Of a stretch of 64,000 nucleotides of DNA, positions 47,339 to 62,026 are shown one piece after another. The stretch covers positions 368,466,001-368,530,000 of the forward strand of contig OZ024740.1 of NCBI GenBank assembly GCA_964016885.1, in the 5' to 3' direction. The position numbers were made by a program, and so were the translations under genes. The notes under the pieces were generated by a model, which worked only from the letters and a program-made list of their open reading frames with translations, made no database searches and was not told the DNA's origin. Within the stretch, counting starts at the first letter, position 1. Each line of letters opens with the position of its first letter. This DNA is from Eledone cirrhosa (Eukaryota).

Positions 47339-47649
47339 TGTGTATGTGTGTGTGTGTGTAGGTGTGTGTGTGTGTGTGTGTGTTGCGCGTGTGTGTGTGT
47401 GTGTATGTATTATGTGAATACATACATTCCATTCATGTGGTGTGGTTTACGTTGTGCAGATCAACCATTTTGAAGGTTGAATCCCTTACCCGGTGCAGGA
47501 ACGGAGCTAAATAATTATTTTAAATAGAAGAGAAATTAATATATATTCACCCAGAGTAAACAGAATAATTCATTGAAGTGTGGCACCAAGAATAAGGTGA
47601 CCAAAAGCATTTTGCAACAATAATACATCGATATCTACAAATATGTTGA

Positions 47650-47728
<79 letters not shown>

Positions 47729-47729
47729 T

Positions 47730-47797
<68 letters not shown>

Positions 47798-48490
47798 ATG
47801 AGGTTGGTATTGTTTGCATGAAACGGGTTACGTCTACGAACCGTTAACATCCAAGGGACGGGGAAAAATAAAAAAAATAAGAGTTAATATCACCTAGGCA
47901 CTATTGATTTGTCCTGATATTTCGGATGTACCATCCGTTTCAAAGACGCCCATTAATTATTGGTTGGTATAGATATGGCTGCACGGCAAAATTAGATATT
48001 CTGCCTCCTTACTTTTTGTACCGTTATTGAACGGCGGTTTCAATTGATTTATCAAAAGTCTCCGTTGATACGCACGATGCATATGATATAATCCAGGGAA
48101 TATCAAATTAGGTAATCCTTCAACAATGAGACTGCCTCAACTAGTACAGGCCGTTGTATTTGATTTGCTATATGGAAATAACCATCTCCAGTATATAGTC
48201 ATCACGCAAAATTCAATACAGACAAGCATATGTTATGCCAGTAAGGGTTTAGTGAGAGTCACTGATGAAATATTAACAAATCTAGAAGAAGTGCTATCTG
48301 GCATGCTTAAAACATACTGGCAGCTCTGAGATATATACACAGAGGAAAATGGAGTAAAATATTTTTTCCTTAAGAAATGTTTATTCACTTTGATAGTGAG
48401 GCTACCAATATACTTATTGTACATAAGGAAAATGGAGTAAAATGTTTTTCTTAAAAAATAGTGAGGCTCCCAATGTATTTATTGTACATA

Positions 48491-48681
48491 TAATTGTTTC
48501 TACCTTCGCCACAAGGCCAGCACTTATTCCAGTATACTACTGGTACTTTATTTTATCGACTCCGTAAGGATGAAAGGCAAAGTTAACCTCGACGTGATTT
48601 GAACTAAGACCGTAAAGGGCCGTAACTCTTTGCTGCAAAGCATGGCGCCTGACCCTCTACCGATACTGCCAATCCACCGCC
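48491..48681 (-). mobile_element. tRNA-derived SINE
   Basis: Reverse complement of the 42963 family. Confidence 0.85.
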
Positions 48682-48751
48682 CTATATACCTCTAATATAT
48701 GTGTATACATTTTTCATTAAACACCTCTATTATGTTTAATCGCATACCCTC

Positions 48752-48868
<117 letters not shown>

Positions 48869-48879
48869 AGAGAGAGAGC

Positions 48880-48940
<61 letters not shown>

Positions 48941-50474
48941 GGAGAGAGAGATAGAGAGAAAGGGACGAATATATATGATGCACATAATCATTATTCATGT
49001 AATCATTTTTCATACTGATTAATGCACGTATGCACTCTGAGTATTGGGTTTGTATTTATAAGGAACAAATATAATTGTATCTTTGAGTTAGTAAAAGACG
49101 GCTGAAGTTGCACCCTTCTTCTATGACTATCTTCGTAAACTAATGTATATATACATGCATAGATGTATATATTTTGAGCATAGTGTAATATATTTCGATT
49201 AAATCCAGTATAACGGTTATGTATATTCGTGATCTTTAAATATTGTTTGCGAATATATTTCAGAAATATTATTTATGTTGGCTGTTAGGAGTATATATTG
49301 ATTAGAATACATTTATTTACTAGACTGTCATTGAAATCAATATCTACTTGATCTGCATTAAGCTCTATCTGCATGTATTGGCAGGTCTAAGAGTTTGGCC
49401 TCTTTCGATCTCTTCAAGGAGCTATCATAATTTCTTGCTTAGAATATGCCTTAATCTTGCATGATTCACAAACTCGCACACAAAGACACACACACATACA
49501 CGCGTGCGAGAGCACACACACCCACACACACTCATACACCCACACATACACACACACACACACACATACACACACGCATATATATATATATAGGAAAAAT
49601 TATGACCCCGATGGCAGAGCTCAAGCCGTTTCGAAAGCTATTTCTGGACTCCACATTTCCTTTGTTATATATATATATATATACATTCCCACTTGCAGGC
49701 AGGTGGACGCGTATGTACCGATGTGTGCATGTAATTATGTGCATGGGTATGTTTGTGCGCATATATTAACACGCCTGTGCCTGTTTGTGTATATTTTACA
49801 CGCTCTTTCCTATCTAAATTCTTATTTCAACCTACTCCTTCAATTAAAATAATATCTATGTATTCTTATCCATAACCTTCAAAAACTCCCCAGTATACTG
49901 TTGTGTGTGCCTTTATGTATGCAGTATGCATACATATCATACATTCACTTCACAACCGTTTAACAACCTATATAATCGACCCCATATATTTTAAAACCCC
50001 AATATGTTACCTTATCTTATTTGATCCTATTTACTATTTTATCTATCTACCTGCTCATTTACTTTTATATAACTCACATTTTACTGTTATTTCTTCACTT
50101 AAAAATACTCTTTCTGTCTATTTAGCCCCATCTATAAATAAAACTACCCCTCGACCCTCTATTTCTTGGACAACAATTATTTCCTTTCTCTTATCCCACA
50201 CTTACCCACTAAACACCCTTACATCCACACATTCTCCCTCCTTCTCCTGACCCCATGCCTGCCAAGATATACTTGCCACTGTCTTACTCCCCCCTTTCTC
50301 CACCAGACTAGTTTACTACTATGATAATTTCAACCAAAGCACTACCAAGACCAGTGCCCTATATTGTCATACCCTACAAATATCCCTACCTACTTATAAA
50401 AGTATTGCTGTACACACAAACCGAAACCGCTTGACGCCGTTGTCGGAATTTTACATCTCTCACATGCCTCTCTC

Positions 50475-50636
<162 letters not shown>

Positions 50637-51929
50637 GAATAAATGTGATTGATTGATTCTTCCCAGCCTCTGTGTATTCTGCAGTTACACATTCGTTTGG
50701 CTCATTTGAGATGCAATACATAATACTTCGTTATTGGATTTGATTCATGCTCTCCTCAACTACTGATGAGTTTTTCTATTAATCTCTTCCGCGTTGTTCT
50801 ATCTTGTCAGAATTATGTTCTGTCTTAGCATGGTATTTTGAAATTTCATTATAAGTATTTCAAAGGCACCTTTGTTGTTGCTTAGCCACGTAAGAAATGA
50901 AAATTGTCCCAAGCCTTCATTTTATATTTGCTGGATTATTTCAATACAAAAATATTTTTGTTTAATTTGTTGATTCTTTTCGCAATTCTTATGTGATTTC
51001 AATCATTATTTGCGGCATATGTTTTGAAACATCCAGTAGGTAATATTATATCATGAAGACCCTGCATTTGTAGTAAATATAACCTTTATCTTTAGAATTG
51101 CTTGTGTATTCTGACACCGTGATTATGTTTTATGTGTTCTGTATGTAAACTATTTCTTCCCAACACTTTCGTTCGTTTACATGTTTGGTATTTCTGATTT
51201 CTGCTAGTCCATTAAGACATATCTATTACAAAACCTGTGATTCATATAATGATATTGTTTCTATTTATTCATCTAACAGACTTTTCCTGCTTTTATTAAT
51301 GTTTAACCCTATGAAGAAACATTGGGTCATCAGTTTAATCTAAATTTTACATCAAACCATCTAAATTTCACATCAAACCATCTAAGTTTCACATCAAACA
51401 TATGTGTAATAAATGAAACGGTGTTTCAAGATACTAATTTTCTATTGAAGTATAGGTGATTAATAATTTAAAACCATCTATAAATAGTCTAAAATAAATT
51501 GACGCTAGGTTTTGAGTAGGTACTGATGGCGAATGCTATTTTCATTGACATTGATTTGTATATGTATATGTAAGCTTGTAAATCTCTATGCATGTATGCA
51601 TATGCATGTGCATCTGTGTGTATTCGTATATAGTGTGTTTAGTGTAAACATTGTACGAGGTTTCGGTTTATTGAACTTATGCTAGCATCAGAATAGGTGC
51701 ACACGAACAATTATCTCACAGCTTTCAAAACAATAGTGGTAATCGTAATTACTTTCATCATATCTATCGATATTACAATTTCTCCCAGAGAACACAAATC
51801 ATACTACTTAATTTAAGATCTTTTGATATTTTAGAAAACATTCAAGCAATTGAGGACATAGTAGTGCAAACAGCATGTGACTTTGTAACATTCTCCTATT
51901 TCCGATCGTCTTCACTTCGAAAAGACAGG

Positions 51930-53305
51930 TATATATGGTCCCGTAACTCCTGATAGAGTTGTAGGGCACCACATTGATATAAGGCGTTTCTTGGGAACTT
52001 TTAAGCCTGGCGGAGCCATCACCCCAGCAGATTTCCTCCAGAGAACGATAGAAAGTGAGAGAGAGGAAATGCTAAAGAGATATGTAGGAAGAATCCATCC
52101 CGGTAGTAGGCTGGTACTTTTTTTATCGACCTCGAACGGATTAAAGGCAAAAATGACTTCGGTGGGATTTGAACTGAGAGAGAAGAGAGCCGTAACGAAT
52201 ACCATACAACATACAACATTCAACATTCTAACGACTTTGCCAATTCGTCGCATAAAGACATCATCTAATGACGAAGCATTTTTTTGGTTGATTGTTTATA
52301 TATCTATCTTTCGAAACGTAAACCAGATTTAATAGCAATTTTAGTTGTTAGAGAGTAAAAATATTGTAGAGCACATTGGCAAGGTTACCAACAGCTCAAT
52401 ACATTTCAACAATATATAAAAGGCATTCAAAAATACAATGGAAAGACATGCAGAACCACTCAGCTTGTCATATATATCAGCCGTAAGCTACTTCCATTTA
52501 CATAATGAGGTTTAAAGTTAACAATAAGCAGTGTTGATGGTACAGAAACTAATATGCACGATGGAATTAAGTACACTATGCTCAAGAATAAGGTATAGTT
52601 TTTACAGATAAAATAGCTTTAGTTTGTGTAGGTACAATTCCACCAGAACTATATCCCTACATTTTGAAAGTGTAGAGCATAGTTGATAACATAATTATTT
52701 ATATCATACCATGGCAGGATGGGTATGAATGGAAGAAATTTATTCATAGATCTTTTCTTTCAGGGTTGGTTTGTGTGAAAACAATAAAAACAACAATTAC
52801 ATTTGCATTAATCAAATGTTAACACTTTATAAATTATTGCAAACATATTCATTTTCTCTTTTTACAACGTTGTTGGTGCATTGGAAGAATTATTAGAGAA
52901 TCGGACAAAAGTTTAAATCCCGCCGAAGTCAACTTTACATTTCATCCTTCTAGATTCGACACAATGTATGGATGTAAGGTCCTGTAACTCCTGATAGATT
53001 CGTAGTGGCACAGTATTGACACACGGCGCCTCTTGCGCATTTTAAGCAAGGCCGATACCATCCCTCTGCAGGCCTGCGTACAGCAGATTTTTTCCAGAGA
53101 AAGATAGAAAGTTAGAGAGAGGAAATGAGAAAGGAATATATAGGAAGAATCGAGCCCAGTATTAGACTGGTACTCTTTTTGTCGACCTTGAAAGGATGAA
53201 GGCAAATTTCACCTCGGCGAGATTTGAACTCAGAGAGAAGAGAACTGGAACGAATACCATAAAGCATTTTATCTGACGTTCTAAAGTCTCTGCCAATTCT
53301 GCCAT
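51930..53305 (-). mobile_element. Two diverged direct copies (~51930-52250, ~52970-53305) of an older SINE subfamily with a longer 3' tail, plus a short + strand SINE piece at ~52875-52950
   Basis: Both carry GAGTTCAAATC(C/T)C and the gtcgataaaa..gtaccag core, and share the tail tatcaggagttac. Confidence 0.65.
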
Positions 53306-55237
53306 ATACTTGACACAATAAAATACAATAAACACTTGTCGAAATAAACGTATTTTCCACAGGAAGTATTGGACTTTTTCTAAAGTTGAAGTTATTTTTT
53401 CGAAAACAGGTTTCAAGTTATTGAGGAACGATTTGAGAGTATTCACAATAGATCTTTCTCATTCAGAATCTTTTGTCATTCTTTGATGCAAATGAAATAT
53501 GTGCTGGTGAGGATGTTATGTTTCGGGCTGGGAGACATGGTTTGAGATGAAAAATGTAATCTACTCTTCCAACAATGATTAGAAAACTATAAATTTCATA
53601 TCTTATTGATAATATATTATGGGTGCCTATGTATGTTGGCTTGCACAACAATCTTGAAAATTATTTTCAAAATATGCATTATAATTGGTGGGGACATCTC
53701 TGACATATCAAATGAATCAATGAAATGTATGTAAACGACAGAATACAGTTGTACATGGTTTCTAAAGAAAAAGCTACTGGAAAGCAGTGAATCATATCCC
53801 TAAGAGTTAGACTACAAGAGGCTTTGACATATTTCCTCCGTAATCTGCTACATTTCATATATTCTCAATGTATACATCCTCAATCGTTTCTCAGAAACTG
53901 CTTACATTTTGAATATACGTTCCACCTTATATAATCTTACTGTGTCTTACAGAATCACTACGATGGCAATGTCATTTAATAATTACAATGCTTCTTTTGA
54001 TTTATTCCTCACATATATGGTACCTATATCGCAAAAATAAAATATTGAAATATAGCTTCATCTGTTATGTATATAAAATTGCCATTTAAAACTATCCTCG
54101 TGCAATGTTGCATATCGTTAAATTCGTTAATTATCTAGAACACATGGGTAATCGTTTCTTGGACATGCTTAGTAATTAATGCTAAATAAAAACTTTGCGT
54201 TCAATAGTGTGCTGTTATTAAATTCTGACTGCCAATTCTGACTGCACAGTAAGAATGCAATATGAACCACTGAGGTATAAAATATAATATAGCGCTAGCT
54301 TGATATTTGTAACAGATTAAGTATGAATAATACAGTAAGAAATCAGCTAGCTTAATTTCTAGTAGGATATATATTACATATACAACTCATTGCATATGGT
54401 CTTATATGAAGGAAATTACTCGATGTGTTACGTTTCTCAATTCATAGATATTTATAATTTGTATGATCTATTTATATTTATCTTTGTGTTATTAATGTTG
54501 TTTAAATCAATAACGACCAGAAATATAGTCAATAACATTTAAGTAATAATTATCTCTGAATCATGTACAAAAAAAATTAATAAATAAGTTCTACTATATA
54601 TGATATTTATTCAGTATATGACGAGAAATAGGATGATTCACATATTATTACTAGCTGGTAAGACAGTGGATTGAAGAAGTCGTTAGCGCACCAAGCATAT
54701 ACTTAACCGTATTTGTTTTACAGCGCTACGTTCTTAGTTAATTTCGTCGATGTCTTATTTGGCATTTCTCCTTTCGGGCTGAATAAAATAAAGTACCAGT
54801 CAAACATGTGTTTCAATAGACATGACTATCCCCTCTTCCCTAATACCTTCCCCGCAATCATCTTTTTCTCAAACGCCCCGTCCCCAAAACAATAAAATAC
54901 TGGCTTTATACAACATTCTAAAACAATTAACAACGATCATTGAAACTATCAGTATACCGTCGGTTAACATGCTATTCAGTGTTTAATTACGGATATTTAC
55001 CTTCTGAATTTACATCTAGTCGGGGTAAAATTTACAGTTCTTCTGGGTCGCTAGAAGTAAATAATTGTCAAATACTGGTTAAATACTGGGATTGATGTTA
55101 CAGACTTTCGTTATTCTAAAAGTAAGTAGTCTTGTGTCCATAAAAGAAAATATTATATCTAGCCTGTGCAGAGACAACCTTAATGTCACATAACTTATCT
55201 CTCTTTCTCTCTCGTTCTTTCTCTCTTTCTCTCTCTG

Positions 55238-55300
<63 letters not shown>

Positions 55301-55324
55301 ATATAAATATATATATATATATTA

Positions 55325-55670
55325 GGGAAAAAAGAATCAGATTTGTAATATATACATAGTAAATTACATATTACTTATGTTTCACTGCCGATCAGCTCGA
55401 GGAACGATCGATTAATGATCGATTCTGACTCTGGAATCGGAAGCTCCTCAGATATCTCCTCACATGTAGACTCACACCTACAAACCACTCTTAGGCGCGA
55501 GTCTACTTGTAATCACATATCTGAGGAGCTTCCGATTCCAGAGTCAGCATCGATCATTAATCTATCGTTCCTCGAGCTGATCGGCAGTGAAACATATGTA
55601 ATGTGTAAGTATGTAAATGATTCAACACTGATTCAACACTGATTCAATGATTCAACACTGATTCTTTGTT
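55325..55670. mobile_element. Fold-back solo pLTR with two inverted hammerheads
   Basis: ~55360-55473 is the reverse complement of ~55500-55612. Confidence 0.85.
55516..55605 (+). ncRNA. Type-I hammerhead motif with branched/long stem II; inverted copy at 55367-55456 (-)
   Basis: catat-CTGAGGA-gcttccgat...atcggcagt-GAAA-catatg-TA-atgtg. Stem III is the palindrome ACATATGT. Confidence 0.82.
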
Positions 55671-55695
55671 GCCTTATATATAATTATTAATATAG

Positions 55696-55895
55696 GGCGG
55701 GGGATTGGCAGTATCGGTAGAAGGTCAGACGCCATGCTTTGCAGCACAGAGTTACGCCCCTTTATAATCTGAGTCCAAATCCCGCCGAGGTTCACTTTGC
55801 CTTTCATCCTTACGGGGTCGATAAAATAAAGTAACAGTAATATTCTGGATCAATTGCTGGCCTTGTGCCAAAAATAAAAACAATTATTATTATTG
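55696..55895 (+). mobile_element. tRNA-derived SINE
   Basis: Same family as 42963. Confidence 0.85.
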
Positions 55896-55977
55896 ATACT
55901 CTGCTCGTCACGAGCATCGACTGCTCATATTGGCATACCAGCCACGGACGCAATTAATTTGCACCTCTAATACACAC

Positions 55978-56073
<96 letters not shown>

Positions 56074-56271
56074 GTAGTTCCAGAACAAATTATAATTATA
56101 CACTTCTAAGTCTGGTAAATAGGTAGAAAAGAAGAAAGAAAGAAGGAAATACACTGCAGATTGAGTTGATGAAGTAGTACTACGTTTGCCTGGTGGAAAA
56201 AAATCATCCATTGATATGCGCTTCGTTTTTTTGTTGTTGTGTAATAGAATTAAATCATAAGAATGACTTAC

Positions 56272-56337
56272 ATTACAAAAGACATTCGGTGCCATCTGCG
56301 GTGAAAAGTTCCCCAGTATGATGCGAACTTCATTATC
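56272..56337 (-). CDS. GABBR2: GABA-B receptor subunit 2-like, internal exon (22 aa)
   Basis: Polypyrimidine tract + cacag acceptor and gtaagt donor, phase 0. DNEVRIILGNFSPQMAPNVFCN matches GABA-B R2 DVRIILG.F....A..VFC and splices in frame to AYKRGMYG. Confidence 0.88.
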
Positions 56338-56625
56338 CTGTGAAAAAGAAAGATTTAAAAAATCTGTTAGATATGGCGCCATAACCAACTTTTAACGATT
56401 TCATGTAAACGCATAAAGACATGAAGGCATATAAACATAACTCTTTGTAATGGGTTCTTGTTCCATGACGTCAATACTCATCTTTGCTTCTATTCAGAGT
56501 GTCTGTTAATATCCCAACTAACTAAGTCTATTAAGTCAAATACGGTGTAAGCACACGTTACTACCTAATATAGATACACCTGATATGGTTATATAGCTTA
56601 TAATTGTATGGAAGGAAGGATGGGT

Positions 56626-56695
56626 AGCGTGTTGGTGTAATGGTAACACATTGGTCTGAAAAACCAATGTTGTTGGTGCGTGAACCATGTTCGTC
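56626..56695 (+). pseudogene. tRNA-Phe(GAA)-like remnant
   Basis: D arm gtgt-aatggta-acac and anticodon arm ttggt-ctGAAaa-accaa are well formed. The T loop and acceptor stem are not. Confidence 0.4.
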
Positions 56696-57347
56696 AAAAC
56701 GCATGCTTTTTTCCATTCAGAGCGTCTTTTAAAATCCTAACTAACAGACTAATTCTATTTAGTCAAATACGCCGTAAGCACATGTTTCTACCTAATTTTC
56801 AAATTCGCTACCCGTTTCTAAACAAAGCCTGCTTTATGTCTCCCTGTATATATATATATATATAGGTGTGTGTGTGTGTGTATGTTTGACTGTCTTAAAT
56901 TGATTGTCTTAATTTTGTTTTGAATGGTAATTGTCTACAAATTCTTTATACTGCATGTAAGACGAAATGTATTGCATACAGAGAAAACTGTAATTATCTT
57001 GTCGAGTCATGGATGACTATAACGATTAAAGATACGCTGGAGGACTGAGGTCTGATAGGTATCAGGCAGTAAACTTATCAAAACTTGTCATAAAAACGTG
57101 TTCGTTTCACATTAAAGTTACCAGAATTACCCCCCCCCCCCCCCAACAAAAAACAGAAAATCAACAACGATAATATCTGGAATGATTTTTCGCATGCATC
57201 GTATTTATACTATTTTGGGTATTGTGATTTTTGTCTGCATTCTATGTGACATATTGTTATAAAACATCGACAATTACGTAATATGCTTCGGGTGTAACGG
57301 TAATCAAATTCTATCTGATATGGACTTGTCTAATTAGCGTTCCTATG

Positions 57348-57382
<35 letters not shown>

Positions 57383-57499
57383 GGTAAACATTGATGCTAT
57401 TCAATTCAAGCACTCAAGGTACTTTTTCCACATAGGAGTGACGGAGTGAATATCGAATAAGGAAAAGCGAAATAGTTTCAGATGTTCAAGTTCTTTAAT

Positions 57500-57689
57500 A
57501 ATAATTGTTTCTACTTAAGGCACAAGGCCAGCAATTATCCAGTTCATTACTGGTACCTTATGTTATCGACCCCGTAAGGATAAAAGGCAAAGTCAACCTC
57601 GGCGGGATTTGAACTCAGATCGTAAAGGGACGTAACTATGCTGGAAAGCATGGCGTCCGACCCTCTACCGATACTGCCAATCCACCGCC
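57500..57689 (-). mobile_element. tRNA-derived SINE inserted in a pLTR, 14-bp TSD tctttaataataat
   Basis: TSD at 57492-57505 and 57691-57704. The empty site is visible in the sister pLTR at ~58983-59000. Confidence 0.92.
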
Positions 57690-57704
57690 ATCTTTAATAA
57701 TAAT

Positions 57705-57778
57705 GCTGTGATACATATTTCAATGACGACACTGGCCACACTGTTCTGTGTGCGAGTGTCGTATCATCATCAGACAGC
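57705..57778 (-). ncRNA. Type-I hammerhead motif
   Basis: gctgt-CTGATGA-tga..gacact..cacac/gtgtg..agtgtc.gtca.tt-GAAA-tatgta-TC-acagc. Confidence 0.82.
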
Positions 57779-58997
57779 TTGTTACATAATAAGGTTATGT
57801 TTCCGAGGCAATCCAAATTGAATCGACATGGGAACGGATAAATTGCGTGCCTTTGGGTTTTTCATCCGTTCCCTTGTGAGTGCCAATTCACCCCCACCGG
57901 TCTGCGCAAGCGCATGTCCGAAGGAAGTTGACCATTAGCCACCGCAGATTTGAACGAAATTCGCTTAGTCAGTTCACCCTCTCAGCCAAACAGTGGCCCA
58001 CCCATGCCTGTACTATATTTTACTGCTACCCATCACGACTGTGACAGTCAGCCGAAGGCCAGAGGGGATGGGAGAGTGTTAGTTTTTACAGGTCATAATA
58101 CTACCTCTCACTAAGCGTTGACAGTATGACTGACCATCAACTCATAAGGGAAAATAAACTTAATTCTAGGTATCATGGTTTTACATTGGAAGTTAAGAGT
58201 GAGAGTTGGAAATACAAATTAAAAATTAAAATCCTAAATCAAATATCAGAAATTATAAATTAAACAATTAAAAAATTAACAATTAGAAATTAAAAAAATG
58301 TTTCAAGTGATAATTCGGATTGAGGTGAGTAAAAGTATAGATTGAAGTGAGTAAATAATATGGAGAGAGATGTTTAAGTAATACGTTCTGAGAGGGTTCT
58401 AGTGTCACAGTTACTCTATCCACATATTGAACGACAGTGCCGTACATTATAACGGAGAGCAAACTACAGGGTCAATCTGGTACACAGTCATAATTCCCAT
58501 CACATGGAACAAAATCAAAGAAAAACAAACATAAAGTACACAAAAGAAAAGAACAGAACCAATAGTGAATAAATGCAAAAACACAGAGTACATATATGCA
58601 AAATGATCTATATGATTGTCCATCTGTCCATGTATAGATTAAAGTGAGGGAGCTTCCGTTCAAATGCGATTTGGTGCAGGAAAGTAGGGGTTTATCTTAT
58701 TTTTTGTTTCCGCGTATTTATCCTGTCGAAAGTTACGTTTACGTCCGTCCAGTGTCAGGGGTTTCCATCCCCATGGTAGAGGGAATTTCCGGGGTAGCTC
58801 TTGGATGATTCCTCTCTTCTCCACCATATCGGTTAGATCGTAGAGCGCTCAACTAATTGGAGCTAAATTATTAGGGTAAACATTGATGCAATTCAATTCA
58901 AGCACACAACGTACTTTTTCCACATAGGAGTGACGGAGTAAATATCGAATAAGGAAAAGAGAAGTAGTTTCAGATGATCAAGTCCTTTAATAATAAC

Positions 58998-59071
58998 GCT
59001 GTGATATATCTTTCAATGACGACACTGGCCACACTGTTCTGTGTGCGAGTGTCGTGTCATCATCAGACAGC
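58998..59071 (-). ncRNA. Type-I hammerhead motif; inverted copy lacking the 5' strand of stem I at ~59146-59216 (+)
   Basis: gctgt-CTGATGA-tgac...gtca.tt-GAAA-gatata-TC-acagc. The + copy has the palindromic stem III ATATATAT. Confidence 0.8.
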
Positions 59072-59261
59072 TTGTTAGATAATAAGGTAATGTTTCCGAG
59101 GCAATTCATGTGGAAAAAGTACGTTGAGTACTTGAATTGATGACACTGATGATGACACGACACTCGCACACATAACAGTGTGGCCAGTGTCGTCATTGAA
59201 ATATATATCACAGCATTATTATTAAAGGACTTGAACATCTGAAACTACTTCGCTTTTCCTT

Positions 59262-59342
<81 letters not shown>

Positions 59343-59489
59343 TATTTTACGTAGTGTTGTAATATAAATATTACACACAGTAGATGGAGAGCTCACGTAG
59401 AGTTTGCTCGACGGTTCCAGTTGTAGTTCCAAAAGTAATCCGGAGAAAAATAGAAGGATTTTAATGGATACAGTTTAGTTAAAAGGAAT

Positions 59490-59610
59490 TTATTGACACG
59501 TGTTTCTATAACAGTTACATAACCTGAAAACAGCTGCTATCTACAAAGTATTAGTTATGCAGACATTCAATATTTCAATGTTATTATCAACTGTCATTTC
59601 ATCGGAATAA
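59490..59610 (-). ncRNA. Type-I hammerhead motif, CCGATGA core, long stem II
   Basis: ttatt-CCGATGA-aatgacagtt...aactgttata-GAAA-cacgtg-TC-aataa(a). Stem III is the palindrome ACACGTGT. Confidence 0.8.
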
Positions 59611-60677
59611 TTTTACTGAGGACCTGTTTGGTTTTTATAGAGAATATTAGGAGAGAGGGGTGAAGTTGTTAGAAGAATAGTTGAGGGAGTGGTTTTTTGA
59701 TAGCAGTGAGAATTTTTGGTGACAGTGAGTAACTAGATTCCCATCTGTTGTTTTGACATTTTTATAGAATATATTATTGGTTATTTTTCTAAATCTATAG
59801 AAGGATTAGAGATAGTATAGATATGCGTGGTTGGTTTTGTGTTTGCACTTAATTAACATTCAGACTTAAATTTTTCTTTCAAGTGTACGTATCCTTTCGC
59901 CCACGCATTCACACATAAACATATATGCACACCTCTAAAAAATACATATACTCACATACACATACTTACATGCTCATACTTACATACATATACACATGCA
60001 TACATATATATATACACATATATACATGTACATACATACGCGTTTATGTGTATACATTTTCATACTCAACTTATCTTTATATACACACGTATAGACACAC
60101 ACATATATATACACATACTCCAGTCTATGTATATATATATATATATATATATATACACCCACAACACGCTTAAACCACACACACGTGCTTCCCACCACAT
60201 ATTTACACCCTCAGCCTCCTGATTCCTCTCCCACCCCCACCCCCTATCCACACACGCACATACACTCCGACCCACAAAAACACCCCCCACACACACCTTC
60301 CTGAACATGCAACGCCGTTCTTCCCCCAACCCACACTTTCACATACACACACACACACACGCACACCTAACTACACACACCACCTTCAGCCCTCCCCGCT
60401 CGGACACCCCGTCTCCCTCTCCCCACTCCACACGCCACCACCCCTACTCACCCCACACCCTTCCACCACCTGTTTATCCCCCTTTTAATTTCAGTTTATT
60501 TTGATCATGCCTTTATTTTTAAATTTTCTCATTCCTTGTATTTTGATCATGCTTTATTTTTATTTATTATATTTTTTGTCTTTATTTGTTAATTTTTCAT
60601 TCGCACCGTTTCCTTTCGCTTTATGTCTCTCCACCACACCCCTACACCCCTTTTGAACTCTGTTCCCACACACTTCT

Positions 60678-60710
60678 CACCTGAAGAAGGGCTTATGCCC
60701 GAAACGTCGT
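60678..60710 (+). ncRNA. Minimal PLE-type hammerhead motif
   Basis: CTGAAGA-a-gggc/ttat/gccc-GAAA-cg-TC. ACGT palindrome; stem I is only ~2 bp. Confidence 0.7.
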
Positions 60711-60796
60711 CCCCCACCTACCCCCCACTCTCCTGAGCGTGAATTTAATAAACATTTATTGTACTGCCTCTCTGTTCTGTCCCTGTTCAATTTTTC

Positions 60797-60861
<65 letters not shown>

Positions 60862-61048
60862 ACTTTAATACATGAATGCACTTACATCTAACTATACACA
60901 TCAAACATATATATATATTTACTTATTTATATACATTTTCACATATATATACATATTTATGGTCGCTTTTAGACACATTCATTATAGCATATTTGCACCT
61001 ATTCTCATCAACATATCTTTCCATTGTTAGTGTGGTAATTTAAGGTTA

Positions 61049-61480
61049 TTAATATACATATATATGTTGAGAAGTAGGCCAGGTGGATGTCGAGGCCCTC
61101 CCTCCGTATAGCCTTGCGGATACGTTGGTGGTATTCTCGGCCAGGTGTGGCATTTTAAGGAAGTACTTGCCTTGGGTGCCTCTCTGTGTCTTGCGCCTGG
61201 TGTCTCCTACTCTGTCTGTGAGCGAGGTAGAGTACCCGTTCGTCTCCAGCACCTCGAGGAATCGCTTGGTATGAGTGACACCACTCGCAGGATCGCTGCA
61301 TCTGTTTTTGATTCGCGCGATCTCATTCGTGATGTATCCTCTTTTGGCACTGTTAGGGAGGGCGGACTTGTAGTGAACGAACAGGTCCCTGCAGGCTGCC
61401 TTTCGGGAAAAGTTGCAGTGGATCCCTCCCTGTTCCGTGATGTTGATTCGTAAGTCGAGGTGTAATTCGGAAGTCGACGT
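61049..61480 (-). pseudogene. PLE RT C-terminal/thumb fragment from a different PLE clade
   Basis: LHLDLRI..SRKAACRDLFVHYKSALP..KRGYITNEIARIKNRCS..LETNGY. Confidence 0.75.
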
Positions 61481-61758
61481 AATTGTGCATTCTCGAGACA
61501 ATATCAATTGGCAAATTTCTGATGAAGCTTAAATCAATTGGCTAATTGTCCCATCACAAATTCATGACAACAAATATTTTCGATAATCTGTGAATTATTT
61601 TACTATATGCATAGATGCCCCCCCCCCCACATATATATATATATATAGGAACCAGTAAGACTGGGGTCTTACTGGTTCCTATTACCCACTCTACTACCCC
61701 AAGTATTGAGTACTTTGGTGCGTTATGGTCCACCTGGTTCCTTACCACATTTCCTTCG

Positions 61759-61812
<54 letters not shown>

Positions 61813-61917
61813 GTATGCGCACATGGACACATACACACAGTCACTCAAACACACACGCATATATATATTCATACATACCTACAGGCATACATACATACAG
61901 TAATATGCATATACACA

Positions 61918-61978
<61 letters not shown>

Positions 61979-61980
61979 GC

Positions 61981-62026
<46 letters not shown>

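Larger units (their letters stand above)
57378..59265 (-). mobile_element. Truncated PLE with two direct pLTRs (~57378-57810, ~58868-59105) and an inverted pLTR (~59145-59265)
   Basis: Repeats are matched by eye and each carries a hammerhead; TA tracts lie on both sides. Confidence 0.85.

Noticed and set aside
51345-51400. Short direct repeats (3x ~21 bp; also 24495-24560, 48345-48490, 55618-55665) as a CRISPR-like or regulatory array
   Set aside because: Simple tandem duplications without unique spacers, in eukaryotic DNA.
61515-61560. CTGATGA in the 61480/62041 inverted arms as a hammerhead
   Set aside because: GAAA is missing in both arms, so a complete fold cannot be supported.
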